Source: Antedon mediterranea | Taxonomy: Eukaryota > Animalia > Echinodermata | Reading direction: 5' to 3' | DNA: 64,000 bases | Assembly: GCF_964355755.1 (NCBI RefSeq) | Contig: NC_092673.1 | Location: 16,799,648-16,863,647 of the forward strand | Part shown: piece after piece, positions 38,690 through 52,300 of the stretch | Layout: each line of letters opens with the position of its first letter | How positions within the stretch are numbered: position 1 is the stretch's first letter | Translations under genes and position numbers: made by a program | Notes under the pieces: model-generated | Told to the model about the DNA's origin: nothing | Seen by the model: the letters and a program-made list of their open reading frames with translations, nothing else | Database searches by the model: none

Positions 38690-39335
38690 ACTAGAAAGCC
38701 ACTCCGAGAGTGCATACCTCCGCCTACTGCGAAATTCATCAGATTTAGTTACCGGAAAGTGTGTGTCTTTACTCTTAATGCTGTGTGTGATTTAGGCTAA
38801 TTTCACTACAAGCATGTGCATGTGAGTTTGGTGTAAATGTTATGTAACCCGCCTTTCAACCAACAATAGCTTCAGCTGACTAACAATAGAACAGAAACGC
38901 GAAAAACAAACGAGTGAATTTGAAAAGAAATAGGGTTTTTAAACTACCCGCATCAAAAAACTTGTACATTAAATCTAATTATGTTTTAAAATTACAAATC
39001 ACATTAATTAATTCTTCCCTCTTGTACAAAAATGAAGATTCATTTTTGTACAAGTAGTTATCGAGAAAATACAATTTTAGTTTACTTGTTACTTTAAGAC
39101 TGCTCACCGGCTTTTGAAATTTCTTTTAACACTAGCAAGTCTGAAAATAATTTTAAAAAGTGGTCTAGAATTAGGACCATGGTCCGGATTGCCTGCAAAA
39201 TTAAATGGAGTTGTCCTTGACCACATACAGTATCTATCTGTATTTTCATTTTGGAAAAGATATTGTAATTACTTTTTGAGTAATCCTGCTAACAAACAAA
39301 CAAACACACATGCTCGATTCTTTGGCGGAGGTAAA
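38690..39335 (-). mobile_element. HINE/DINE-1-like non-autonomous Helentron
   Basis: Subterminal IRs TACCTCCGCC (38715) / GGCGGAGGTA (39324), an (ACAA)n microsatellite, a terminal stem-loop CACTC-CGA-GAGTG next to CTAG, and A/T-run flanks. Confidence 0.7.
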
Positions 39336-39396
39336 TAAATAATCTTCATTCAGTAATGCCAGCATTCAGATGCAATTTAATTGTCATAGCCTTTAA

Positions 39397-39992
39397 AGGC
39401 TCAGGTACAGGCATGAATTTTAAATTTAATATTTGGTTAATTGTACATAATCAAATATTTGTAACAGAAATCGAGACGAAAAAACATGAATTTCACTTAA
39501 TATGGTCAAATACAAAATTTGGCAAAATTCTTCCATAAAAACCAGGAAGACTTTTTTTCAGTAGTTAGGTAGTTAACCTAATGTAATAACATCTCTGGTG
39601 ACTCCCTAGACGGTGAAAAAAGATGGTGGATATACGGTGGATAATTTTTGCTATAGCATGAAAATAAAAATCTGAAGTTGAATAAAAATATCAGAAATGT
39701 AATATTCAAGTTATATTACCTATATTTAGTCATCTGATAACATTTTTTACCACACTGTTTATTTTTCATAGCTTTTTAAAATGCCTCTCTATTTACAAAA
39801 AATTTGTGTACAAACGAATAGAGATTTTACTGTGTAATTTGAACTATCCCCCCACTGATAAGAAAGTGCTTATTTTCAACAAACTCGTGTAACACAAATA
39901 AAATCCCAAAAATTATGAAACATAGGGGAAACTATAGATCGATAATTATTGGAATGTATGATCAATAGAATTTTTTTGCTTGCACCTGGCCT
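39397..39992. mobile_element. Kolobok-like MITE
   Basis: TTAA|AGGCTCAGGTACAGGC ... GCTTGCACCTGGCCT|TTAA. Confidence 0.65.
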
Positions 39993-40173
39993 TTAAAACA
40001 TCCTCATACATACAGTTGCAATTGAATTGTCATAGCCTTTTTAATGCAAAGGTTTCTGTCTGATGGAATTATGTTTTACCTTTCCTATTTTCAGAAGAGA
40101 ATGTGTAGGCTTACTTTTACACTAGAAGATATTGGCATTAATAATTGTTAAATGAAGACACTGTATTTTTGCA

Positions 40174-40662
40174 ATGGAGAGGTACATTTTTAACAATTAT
40201 TTCAAACACAAATAACCAGCTCCAATATGTGTTGATATTATTGAAATATGTAACTATTAATTAAAAACAAATTAAAATGTTTCAATAGTTATATTGAATA
40301 AATACACATACTTTATAATCAAAATTTATAGTTCAAATAAAAAGAAAACACTTTGATTTTAAGATATTCTTTTGAGAAAAATACTTCAAACTTCAAATTT
40401 TCTTATAAAATCCAAAATTCTTTCTTTCTTTCTTTAAAAATTATGAAATCATAAATATTACAATTAAAGGGCTTATTCTCATTAAATATAATAATAATAT
40501 TATTTCCATCAGTCATCATTCTCAATAAATACACAGGTAATAATGCATTATTTCTTACATTTTGACAGGAGAAATTTGGTAGAAGTTTTGGACAGGAATA
40601 ATTTGCAAGAAATTAAACACATTTGTAGCACACAACCAGATCTTCTGAAATCTATCGATAAG
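40174..40662 (+). CDS. First coding exons of a second host gene, possibly an ankyrin-repeat protein (exons 40095-40181 with ATG at 40174, and 40569-40662)
   Basis: Canonical splice sites in phase 2 then 0. Translates to MERRNLVEVLDRNNLQEIKHICSTQPDLLKSIDK, resembling an N-terminal ankyrin half-repeat that ends at the D-x-x|G-x-T junction. Downstream exons were not found in the window. Confidence 0.5.
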
Positions 40663-41073
40663 GTATTTAAAAAAGGATATATTTTCATAATATTAACAAA
40701 AATAAATTCTTTTCATTAAAGTTTAAAATAATAGAGAATGTAATTTTCTTTAATAATAATAAATTACCAAGCCTCGAATTTTACCGCGGCCAGTGCCGTC
40801 GGTGTCCTCCCAGTTGGCCTCAATGCCTTTGAAAAAGAATAGCACCCACGGCCACTACTGGCCTGCCCTTTTTTTTTGCGTTGGCCGTGAGTGCCCTTCC
40901 CGAATTTTACCAGAATAAAAACCACTGAAGTAGATAGAAAATAATGTCAAGAATATTTGTTTATACGACTCGGATAGTTTTGCATCTCGTCCATCGGCTG
41001 TCTTCGTTGCAAGGGGATTTCCCTAAACGCATTTAGACAAAACATCGAACATACCGTGTAACCAAAACAATAT

Positions 41074-41984
41074 CGTCCCGGACGCGATTTTTTTTTTCGT
41101 ACATAAGTTGGGGACCCCTTATTGAAACGTCACAAAATAAACATGAATAATTCATCAGTTACATTTTCTTGTTCCGTGTGCACCCAAGCGTATAGCAAAA
41201 CAAGAAGTGATTACACGACACAACTGCGATACGATTCTAGGCCTATCTCCGCTGTGTGGTTGCGGCGTGCGATTTCATAAAAGAATAGGGGCGTTTTATG
41301 TGGATTGTCAAAATAATCAGCCTTTAGTTTATGATAGTGTTTTTAATATAATGTATTACTAAAGAATTACGTGTTAAAATTATAGTTTCTATTAATACTA
41401 TTAGGCCTAATTATTGATCTCTAAAGCCCATGTCTATTCTAGTAGTCTGTGTGGGTGTGACGTGTGTGTTTCTGTTAGGTATGACACAGTCCGAGTAATA
41501 AGTCAGCAAAATTAAGCAATTACATTACACAAAAATACATTTTTTATTCTCGTGGTTCTAATCTTTCCATCTCATGTGTTCATCATATACGCGCATTTTT
41601 AAAGTTCCTTTGAGTACATGCATATTGTTTGATAATAAAATAGCTGAATTAAAAAATTACAGTACACAAATTATACACATTCTTCTTGTGGGTCTAAGCT
41701 TTCTATGGGCTATGTCTAATTACTACTGAGTTGAATGTCTTGCCTAGCTGTCGATTAGCCTCGACACATTTTGCATAGGTTGGTGTGTGTGTGAAGAAGA
41801 GTGCGCGAAGACAATCACATGAATTGACCTAGAATCCTAGGCCTAGAAAGAATCGTATCGCAGTTGTAATCACTTGTTGCTATACGCTTGGGTACACACG
41901 GAACAAAAAATTAACTGTTTATTTTGTGACGTTTCATGAGGGGTCCCCAACTTATGTACGACAAAAAAAATCGCGTCCCGGACG
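41074..41984. mobile_element. Foldback element with about 170-bp inverted arms
   Basis: CGTCCCGGACGCGATTTT..CGTACATAAGTTGGGGACCCCT..CAACTGCGATACGATTCT is mirrored at 41839-41984. Confidence 0.75.
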
Positions 41985-42255
41985 CCGTGCGTGGTAAATC
42001 ATGGTATAGATAGTACATTAAAATACAGGGGTGTACACTTTTAATAATCAAGCTAAAAATGTTCCTCAGAGAGAGAGAGGTCGGCGTCCGTCCATGTTTT
42101 GAATTCTTATAAATATGGATTTATACTAACAAAAAAACTTCAGAAATCGAAACTTGGAAAATAACACTCTGTGTATGAATAGTTGTAGTTAAGGCCTACA
42201 AACAAATTGTTTTTGAATTATGTTTTATCCATCCGCTGTGCCTTAGTGCTGCTAA

Positions 42256-42921
42256 AGCCTGTTTTCCTGTCGACGTTAAGTTACGTTGAGTTGCGTTGAG
42301 TTGACATATTCAACGATTTAACAGGAAAAGGGGGTAAAAATTAACGTTGAAAATCGTTAAAATCTTAAATCGTTAAAGTTGAACACGGTTCAACTTTAAC
42401 GATTACGATCGTTAAAGCTGACCAATCAAATGGTCCACAAATTACGTCATTGCAGTTTGTGAAAAAATAGGTACGCGCTGACAATTCTTGAATGTTTACA
42501 ACGCGACAATGTTTTTCACCTTTTTTGTACACTTTTAAGGTCTGATATTTAAAAAAAACAAGTGTAAGTTAAATTAAATTATAATATTAAACCAATTAAA
42601 TTTAATGTTTGTCTTTAGTGTAAGCCTAGATTAAGATATCAACGAAAGTATGTCCTAGGCTGGGTTTAAGCATCAAAACCCGTAACTTTTTCAATTTTCA
42701 CGCGGTCCCGGCTGCGCGTGGCCGGCCTTAGTTTTGCAACACTTCACGTCCGCGTGTCCCAGCAACGCTCGAGAGAACCAAGAAACTATGAACGATCGTG
42801 TAAAAATGTGTAAATATTAGCGGTCCGACTCGATCATCGTCATCGCTATTTTATTTTCAACTTTAACGATTTTAAACTCAACGCAACTCAACGTATTTCA
42901 ACGTCGACAGGAAAACAGGCT
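42256..42921. mobile_element. Harbinger-family MITE
   Basis: TIR AGCCTGTTTTCCTGTCGACGTT at both ends, TSD TAA/TAA. Confidence 0.9.
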
Positions 42922-43963
42922 TAAGTGCTTGCTGTTGTTAGGGTCTTTACCTGTTGGGCCTTGGTTGGGCCTGGCTTCACATGCCTTTTTTGATCGCATT
43001 GTTTGAAACTAAACGAAACATTCAACACAGGACGGTAAACTGTAAACGCTAAACATTGTACCTTGATAATTATTATTTATATGGATCGTAAATACACGTA
43101 ATATTTATATGAAATACAAAAAGATTTAGACAGTCCTCTCCTACTACTACTACTACTAGTACTACTACGACGCAATGTGATGACATAGGGGAATTCACCC
43201 CCACCTCATTCTAAATATAGTATCAGAACATTCAATCGGTCGCTCAAAAGAAGACCGTAATTAATAGATAGTTTTTTTGGTCATGAAACGCGATACTCTC
43301 TGCTTTACCGCAACCTCTCATGTTTTTTTTACTCGGCACGAGAGGGTGGCTCTGCCATCTGACGATGATAAAACAGTAATTGAGATCGTGTACCCGCATT
43401 TTGTGTCATATGACATGAAACATAATACTCTCTCTAAACTGCTTTTCCCCTCCAAATTCTGGTCGGGTCGTAATCATTTTTAAAGGCCTATGTTAAATCT
43501 TTTAATATGGAATATATATTTATTTTGCATATATTTTGTTGGTGTCCTAGCCTAGGTGTCGTCGTTTTTATAGTTCGCTAACCCAAGGTAGGATTAAATA
43601 ATTTATAGTGTAGGCCGCCGAAACTAGGCTAGCCTCGAGTCTTTCTGCGTGAGCTGAGGTCCACGGGCCCGATGTCGTCTCGTCGGCGGATTTCCGTCCA
43701 AATTAGGATAACCTTAGGGCAGCTACAAAAATTGTATCTTTAGATAGGATTTTAATTGCAAACAATACATTGTTTGTTTGCATTGTCCATGCTTCTAAAG
43801 GCGATGGCAATGGTGTTTACTAACCCTACGATCGACGCATAGATAATTATCATAACAATACATCGTAAGCTACGAACAATACTTCGTAGAGGCTACGTTC
43901 AGAGAACAACGACCTACGATCTACCTACGCGTAGGCTACGAAAGGTTACTCGTAGATACGAAG

Positions 43964-46900
43964 GGGTAGTAACAAAGTGCGAGGCACGCGAGGCAGGGAA
44001 GGCATGCGAGGCAAGTCAGAAATTTATGCGAGGCATCATTTTACCATCATCAAAAAATGCGAGGCATCATTTTATCATTTCTCAAAATTGCAAGGCAGGA
44101 AATCACCGAAATTGAAGTAGCCTAGGCCTAGGCCCGCTAGGCTAGTTTCCTTTTGCACCTGCCTTGTATTTTAACCAACTTTATCCTGAATACCACAGCT
44201 TAGAATTAGTAGGCCTACTTTAATGAAGAAAAATCACATAAAAGTAACAATAAATCCATTAAATTGGTGATTTTACAGACGTTGTTTTTCTCGCATTTCG
44301 CACACTCAATGTTCAATATTTTGGTTTCTATGGAACGCCAAAAGAGCAAAATTAATTAGAGGGCTAAAAAAAAAATGTGGAATCCATTTATATTTAACGC
44401 ATTATTTGGTGAAAATCAAGTACAATTTCAATAGATTTTGTCACTGTCAGTAAGGAAAAATGTTACTGTTGATAATGTACACGGTTTCGTTAACCTTTTA
44501 AAGAATAGGCCTAAAGTAGAAAAATTCATCATAATATCCTTAGTAGGATGTCCTAGGTCTAGACTAGGTAGTGATGTTGATTTAGGATCGATTATTATTC
44601 TTTGAAAACAGAACAGTATCAGCAGTAACATATTACAGCATTTTTATTGACAAATTAACAAATATATTGAAATAAAACGTGTTTTTCACCAATAAATGCA
44701 TGAGAAATTGACGCATTCCACTGAGTTTTAGTCCTCTATTATCGTTGCTCTTTTGGCGCTCCATAGAAACAAAAATATTGAACATTGAATAAGTGAAATT
44801 TGCGAACAGTGTGCGAGAAACACGCCTGTAAAATCATTAATTTAAGGATTTATTTGTTACTTTTTATGTGATTCTTTCATTAAAGTACTCATGAGGTATA
44901 CTTCTAAGGTGTGGTATTCACACGATAAAGTTAGTTATCAAATTTGGAGTAAAAATACAAGCGAAGGAAACTAGCGCCAGGTTTATTAGTACGTACATAG
45001 ACAACAATAAATAAAAATCGTTCGTAATATACCTAGCTTACTAAAACAGGAATAGTGTATCATTATTAAATATTACACCAACTATTATTATATCAAAATT
45101 GATTAAATTATTTTCTACATATAGTCCGGTGGCAGGAGGGGGGATATCACCACCCGAAAGGGGACAAATTGCCATCCAACTTTTCTAGACCAGAATTTTC
45201 CGTAGATTACGAATATGGAAGGTAATCGATCAGGATAGGAACCGTTTTCGAGATATAAGGGGTCAAAGTTCAAAATTGACAAATATAAAAACATGCTATA
45301 TCTCTGGAAATTCTGGACGTAGTGAGATAATTTTAGTGTCAAATTGTTCACAATGTATATGTTTATATTAGCTCTAACAGAACTTTCTTTGAAAAATTGA
45401 CCAGAAACCCCATTGTTAGCAATTTTGACCTTTGACCTCTTTTTGCTATATCTAAGTAACGGCAGGTCGGAGAGAATTAAAAATAGGAGCAAATTGTTCC
45501 CAAGATATACATTTATATTCAGTATAACAGATGATATTGCTTGAAAATGACCGGAAGTGTGGTTATTAACCTTTGACATAATTGAATAAGGTTATAAAAA
45601 CATTAATAAATATTTGTCGTAAGGAGCCAATTTTGGTGTCAAATTGTTCACAATATATATGTTTATACTTTACATAATGCAACATTTTTTTCAAAAAGTG
45701 ACTTAAACACCTATTTTTCTGTAATTTTAACCTTTGACCTGTTTTTCTCATCTAAATAACGACATGGCATAGAGATTTCTAACTGGCAAATTGTTTATAA
45801 TAGATATTTTTATTCAATCTAATAGATTATACTGTTTGAAAAATACAAGTGTGATTATTGCCTTGAAAGCCTATCAGGGCAGATTTAATTCAAAGAGGTG
45901 TGGAAGGGGAATAATACTATTACTATACAGTACAATGTCTTTCTTTTGAGCCATGTATCTCCAATAAACGGAATGTACGGCTCATAGAGAATTCAGAAGT
46001 TACCCTTGGTTCATTTTGGCAAATCCATATGGGTTCCTTTTAAAAGGATTGAGGGTGCACAGACAGGCTTTTCCCATGGCTTAATATTGGAACCTACAGT
46101 TTTAATTACCCGATATATTTCTAACACAGTAACTTATGTAGCCAAATGCATTGATCCTATACAGGAGCCAAATGTAGAACTGACCATACAGTAGAGAACC
46201 ACAGAAGGGTCTAAATAGATGACCTGCTGTAATTGTTTCATTTTAGGCAAAATCCAAATCGGTTCTTTAAGGATCGAGAGTGCACAGGCAGCTTTATTCC
46301 ATGTGCCTGTCTATATTAACCAACATTGTCACCCCTTATATTTCCATTATGAGGCTTAATGTCCATGGATGACCGGCCCTTGGGTTAATTTGGGCAAATC
46401 CATAAGTGTTCCTTAAGGATGGAGAGTGCAAGGCAGCTTTATTCCATGGGCCCGCCTGTCTATTATGAACCCACAGTGTCACCCCTTATATGTCCATTAT
46501 GGGGCTTAATGTCCATCCATGGAGGACCGGCCTTTGGGGGTTAATTTGGGCAAATCCATAAATTTGTCTTAAGGATCGAGAGTGCACAGGCAGCTTAATT
46601 CATGGGCCACGCCTGTCATGAACTCACAGTGTCACCCCTTATATTTCCATTATGGAGCTTAATGTCCATCCATGGAGAACGACCGGCCCTTGGGTTAATT
46701 TGGGCAGATCCATAAAATGTTCCTTATGGATGATCGAGGGCACACAGGGATATTTATTATATCTCTATGAACCCACATTTTCACCCCACATACATTATTT
46801 CCAATATAGGGTCTCTTGTAGCCCCACATAGAGAACCCCGAAAGGTCCATGAAGGATCATTTGAGCAAATCCATAAATGTTATTTAAAGATTGAGGGTGC

Positions 46901-49338
46901 ACATTTAGTTTTATTCCATAGTTCATCTATGAACTATTATTTTACTAATTTCTAATACAGGGCCTTATGTAGAAGCACACCACATAGAGATCCCAAAAGG
47001 GTCCTCAGAGGGTTCATTCGGGCAAATCCATATGGGTTATTTTAGAATCCTTTGTATACAGGAAACTCTTTCCTGTATGGGCCAAACTATATAAAAATTG
47101 TGGTCTGTCTGTGTAGTGAGTTGTGGATTGAGTTTGGCCACCTGGATCTGCCTATGCCCTATCCTGTACGAATTGGTATTCTCTGGTTCTGATGAATAGT
47201 AGTTTATTTTCCAAAAACGAATATTGTTGCCCTAATAAATGCAACTGTATAGTGGCAAATCATTGAAGGTCAGCGCAACATAACATTTTAATCGTCATAA
47301 TATTAATTATATTATTTACTTTACAGTATTATATTAATACATTTAAAATAATGCGCACTAGAAAAAATATAAAAATACCATAACTTCACTGATCAAATAA
47401 TGTGATTCCATTTATGAACATCGATCTCATAGTTTGAATAACTTTGCATTATTTAGTGGATCATTTGTTCAAATGTTGACCTTTGACCCATGTCGACTTG
47501 TGTAATGATAAATGTGCTCTTTTGATTGTGTATGATTGATAGATGTCTTAACAGAATGATAAAACATAACATTTTGTCTTAAATGTTAGTTTTTATTTGG
47601 TTTTAAATGCAAATTGTGTGATTGGTCAATATTGACATTTGACCTTTAATTGCAAAGTATTTGTTTTATAAGGCGACTGAATAACACCATACAATACCTA
47701 TAACCATACACATGTATTAAAATTGAAATTTAATAAATTGGTTATAATACATATGTATATAATACATTGTTATAATTGGTCAATTTTGAACTTTGACCCC
47801 TTATCTCTTCCAATTCACTTCCTATCTTGATTGAAGTCTGATTTGATTAAATACAGTATTATAATAAAATAACATAACTTTACTAATCAAATAATTTGAT
47901 TACTTGTAAAACCATCAATATCATAGTTTCGACAAATTTGCATTTATTTGTTAATACGCGTATTAAAATGTTGACCTTTGACCTTATGTCAACTGATGAA
48001 ATTGACCTTATGTCAACTGATGAAATGATGTATTCGCTCTTTTACATTGCGTATGATTGATTAACAGGATGAGAAAACATCCAATTTTTATTAAATAGTA
48101 GTTTTTATTTGGTTTTATAGGTACGTTTTATGATTGGTCAATATTGACATTTGACCCTTAATCACAAAGGATTTTTTTTTCATAATGTGATTGAATAGAC
48201 ACTTATAATCATAAAAATGTAATAACAGACCAAATTGTGCTTCAATAAATTTGTTATAATACATATACATAATACATTGTTGTAATTGGTCAATTTTGAA
48301 CTTTGACCCCTTATATCTCGAAAACGCTTCCTATCCTGATCGATTACCTTCCATATTCGTAATCTACGGAAAATTCTAGTCTAGAAAAGTTGGATGGCAA
48401 TTTGTCCCCTTTCGGGTGGTGATTCCCCCCTCCTGCCACCAGACTAATTGGCCTCTTATCTAGGTTAGGGCTAAGCATATTAGCTAAAGTTTAATTTTAG
48501 GCCTAGGCCTAGTATTACAATTGTCGGACGTAAGTCTTTTTTCACACGCGCTCCAGAATTCTGTCGCAATTTTTTTCTTTGCGGCATGTTATTGGATCGC
48601 CATATCAGTTACCTTTTATTCACCGCCAGTTATTGAACTTGTCCTGGCAATCGCTGTTCACCTTATTTGCGAGAGAGGTACACGTGTTGTTCCTAGAGAA
48701 TGGAATGTCAAAAATGTCTTTGGCACGCCGCTCAGAGAGAAGTCTGTGCGTTGCTGCTGCTGAAACCACGTGCTATAGGAGGGGAATGCACCACAATCCT
48801 CTGAGCTGAGGGCTGAATCATTCTGCTACCTGCTAAATAGTAAAGAGGGATTTTCCATCTCTCGGGTCTACCGGATCTAGGCGCAGGGGTGTGACAAAAT
48901 ATTATTTTCACTCTGCTATGTTCGAGAGACATGTGAGTGAACACGCTCGAAATGCCAACAAACATTGCAGTCATTTGATGAGTGTGTCGCTATAACAATT
49001 ATTGTTTATCGAAAGTTGAAGACGGTCATTCAGATTTTTGAACCGTAGTTTGGGCACTTTTGTAAAAGTAAAATTTGACAAGATATGACTTGAATGAAAA
49101 AACAATCGTTACATAAAAATAAACAACATGATGAGTGTATACGAATCTATTTAGATACGCTTGTATCGATTGATTATTAGGCCTATAATATAGCATAATA
49201 GCACGTTAAGATATGCCTCGCACCTTTTTGAAATTGTAAACTATATGCCTCGCATGCCTCGCACTTTTGGAAATGATAAAATGATGCCTCGCACAAATAT
49301 TTGGCATGCCTCGCTTGCCTCGCACTTTGTCAACACTC
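43964..49338. mobile_element. MULE-like non-autonomous element (copy 2) with a nested insertion
   Basis: Same sequence as 691-2738. Perfect 9-bp TSD GATACGAAG (43955-43963, 49339-49347). Confidence 0.92.
45122..48446. mobile_element. Non-autonomous long-TIR DNA transposon, Academ-like
   Basis: About 160-bp TIRs TAGTC(C/T)GGTGGCAGGAGGGGGG.. with TAG..CTA termini. Compared with the empty site in copy 1 (TCTACATAGGCC), the TSD is ATA/ATT. Degenerate internal repeats of about 120 bp lie at 46000-47040. The superfamily is inferred from the termini and TSD only. Confidence 0.8.
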
Positions 49339-49369
49339 GATACGAAGCAGTAATTTCTTTCTGTACTGT

Positions 49370-52300
49370 ATATAACCTGCATGTACTGATTAACCACATT
49401 AGGCTATAAATAATAATATAAATACACACTGATGGTATAACCTACATGTACTGATTAATCACATTAGGCTAAAAATAATAATATAAATACACACTGATGA
49501 TGGAGGGGTGTCACGAAACCTAAGACCACGAAAGCTAAGACCCCCTAAGACCTAAGATCACGAAAGCTAAGACCCAAGACCTAAGATTACAAATTCTAAG
49601 ATATACTACAGCTTAAAAACAATACTTGTTTATCCATACATAATTTTAAAGACATATAGGTTTCATTTATTACCATAAATATAATTTAATACTACCGCAA
49701 AACATAGATAAACTCACATTATTTTCGCCCGTTGAGTAAATGTATATTTTTTCTTTACAACAAACAAACTTGACGGGTTGTTTGTTGGTATATATTTACT
49801 CCAATGTGTTGGTTCAGAGGATGTTTTTCTTACGCACCTGCCTTTCTTGTATTTTGACTCCAAATTTGTTGACTAACTTTATCCTGAATACCACACTTTA
49901 AAATTAGGACTTATAAGTACTTTCAGAAGGAGAAACACATAATAACAAATAAATAAATCCTTTAAATTGATGATTTTACAGATGTGTTTCTTTGTATACT
50001 GTAATGTAACTCCTCGAGCTCCACATGCTCAATGTTTTTGTTTCTATGGAGCGCCAAAAGAGCAACAATAATAGTACAAGTATAAAAACAGAAAGAAAAC
50101 GAAACAAAAAAACTTATCATGATTTTTAAGTTAAAATTTATTTGCCAGTATTTATTTCTTTGTACTTGCATGATTATACTATTATCATTACAATTTTAAT
50201 TTTACATTGTTCCATCCACACTGTAGATGGACTCCACAGAGTTTTTAGCCCTCCATATAATTTTTGCTCTTTTGACATTCCATAGAAACAAAAACATTGA
50301 ACATGGGGTAGGCCTACTAGTGTACTGTCTGTAGGCTAGTCATTTTGTGTGCGAGAAAAACGTCTGTAAAATCATCAATTTAAAAATGTATTTGTTACTT
50401 TTTATGTGATTCTTTTTCATGAAAGTGCCAATTCTAAGGTGTGGTATTCAGAATAAATGTTGGGAGTTAAAATACAAGGCAGGTGCGAAAGATAAATATT
50501 TGTAATCTTAGGTTGGGGGTCTTAGCTTTCGTGGTCTTAGGTTTCGTGGTCTTAGGTTTCGTGACACCCGATGATGGAGGTATAACCTGCATGTACTGAT
50601 TAATCACATTAGGCTAAAAATAATAATATAAATACACACTGATGATGGAGGTATAACCTGCATGTACTGATTAATCACATTAGGCTAAAAATAATATAAA
50701 TACACACTAATGATGGAGGTATAACCTGCATGCACTGATTAACCACATTAGGCTAAAAATAATAATATAAATACACACTGATGATGGAGGTATAACCTGC
50801 ATGTACTGATTAACAACATTAGGCTAAAAATAATAATATAAATACACACTGATGATGGAGGTATAACCTGCATGCACTGATTAACCACATTAGGCTATAA
50901 ATGATAATATAAATACACACTGATGATGGGGGTATAACCTGCATGCACTGATTAACAACATTAGGCTAAAAATAATAATATAAATACACACTGATGATAG
51001 GGGTATAACCTGCATGTACTGATTAACCACATTAGGCTAAAAATAATAATATAAATACACACTGATGATGGAGGTATAACCTGCATGCACTGATTAACCA
51101 CATTAGGCTAAAAATAATAATATAAATAATACACACTGATGATGGAGGTATAACCTGCATGCACTGATTAACCACATTAGGCTAAAAATAATAATATAAA
51201 TACACACTGATGATGGGGGTATAACCTGCATGCACTGATTAACGACATTAGGCTAAAAATAATAATATAAATACACACGGATGATGGAGGTATAACCTGC
51301 ATGCACTGATTAACCACATTAGGCTAAAAATAATAATATAAATACACACTGATGATGGAGGTATAACCTGCATGCACTGATTAACAACATTAGGCAAAAA
51401 ATAATAATATAAATACACACTGATGATGGAGGTATAACCTGCATGTACTGATTAACAACATTAGGCTAAAAATAATAATATAAATACACACTGATGATGG
51501 GGGTATAACTTGCATGTACTGATTAACCACATTAGGCTAAAAATAATAATATAAATACACACTGATGATGGAGGTATAACCTGCATGCACTGATTAACCA
51601 CATTAGGCTAAAAATAATAATATAAATACACACTGATGGTGGAGGTATAACCTGCATGCACTGATTAACAACATTAGGCTAAAAATAATAATATAAATAC
51701 ACACTGATGATGGAGGTATGACCTGCATGCACTGATTAACAACATTAGGCTAAAAATAATAATATAAATACACACTGATGATGGAGGTGTAACCTGCATG
51801 TACTGATTAACAACATTAGGCTAAAAATAATAATATAAATACACACTGATGATGGGGGTATAACTTGCATGTACTGATTAACCACATTAGGCTAAAAATA
51901 ATAATAGAAATACACACTGATGATGGAGGTATAACCTGCATGCACTGATTAACCACATTAGGCTAAAAATAATAATATACTGTAAATACACACTGATGAT
52001 GGAGGTATAACCTGCATGCACTGATTAACAACATTAGGCTAAAAATAATAATATAAATACACACTGATGATGGAGGTATAACCTGCATGCACTGATTAAC
52101 CACATTAGGCTAAAATAATAATATAAATACACACTGATGATGGAGGTATAACCTGCATGTACTGATTAACAACATTAGGCTAAAAATAATAATATAAATA
52201 CACACTGATGATGGAGGTATAACCTGCATGCACTGATTAACAACATTAGGCTAAAAATAATAATATAAATACACACTGATGATGGAGGTATAACCTGCAT

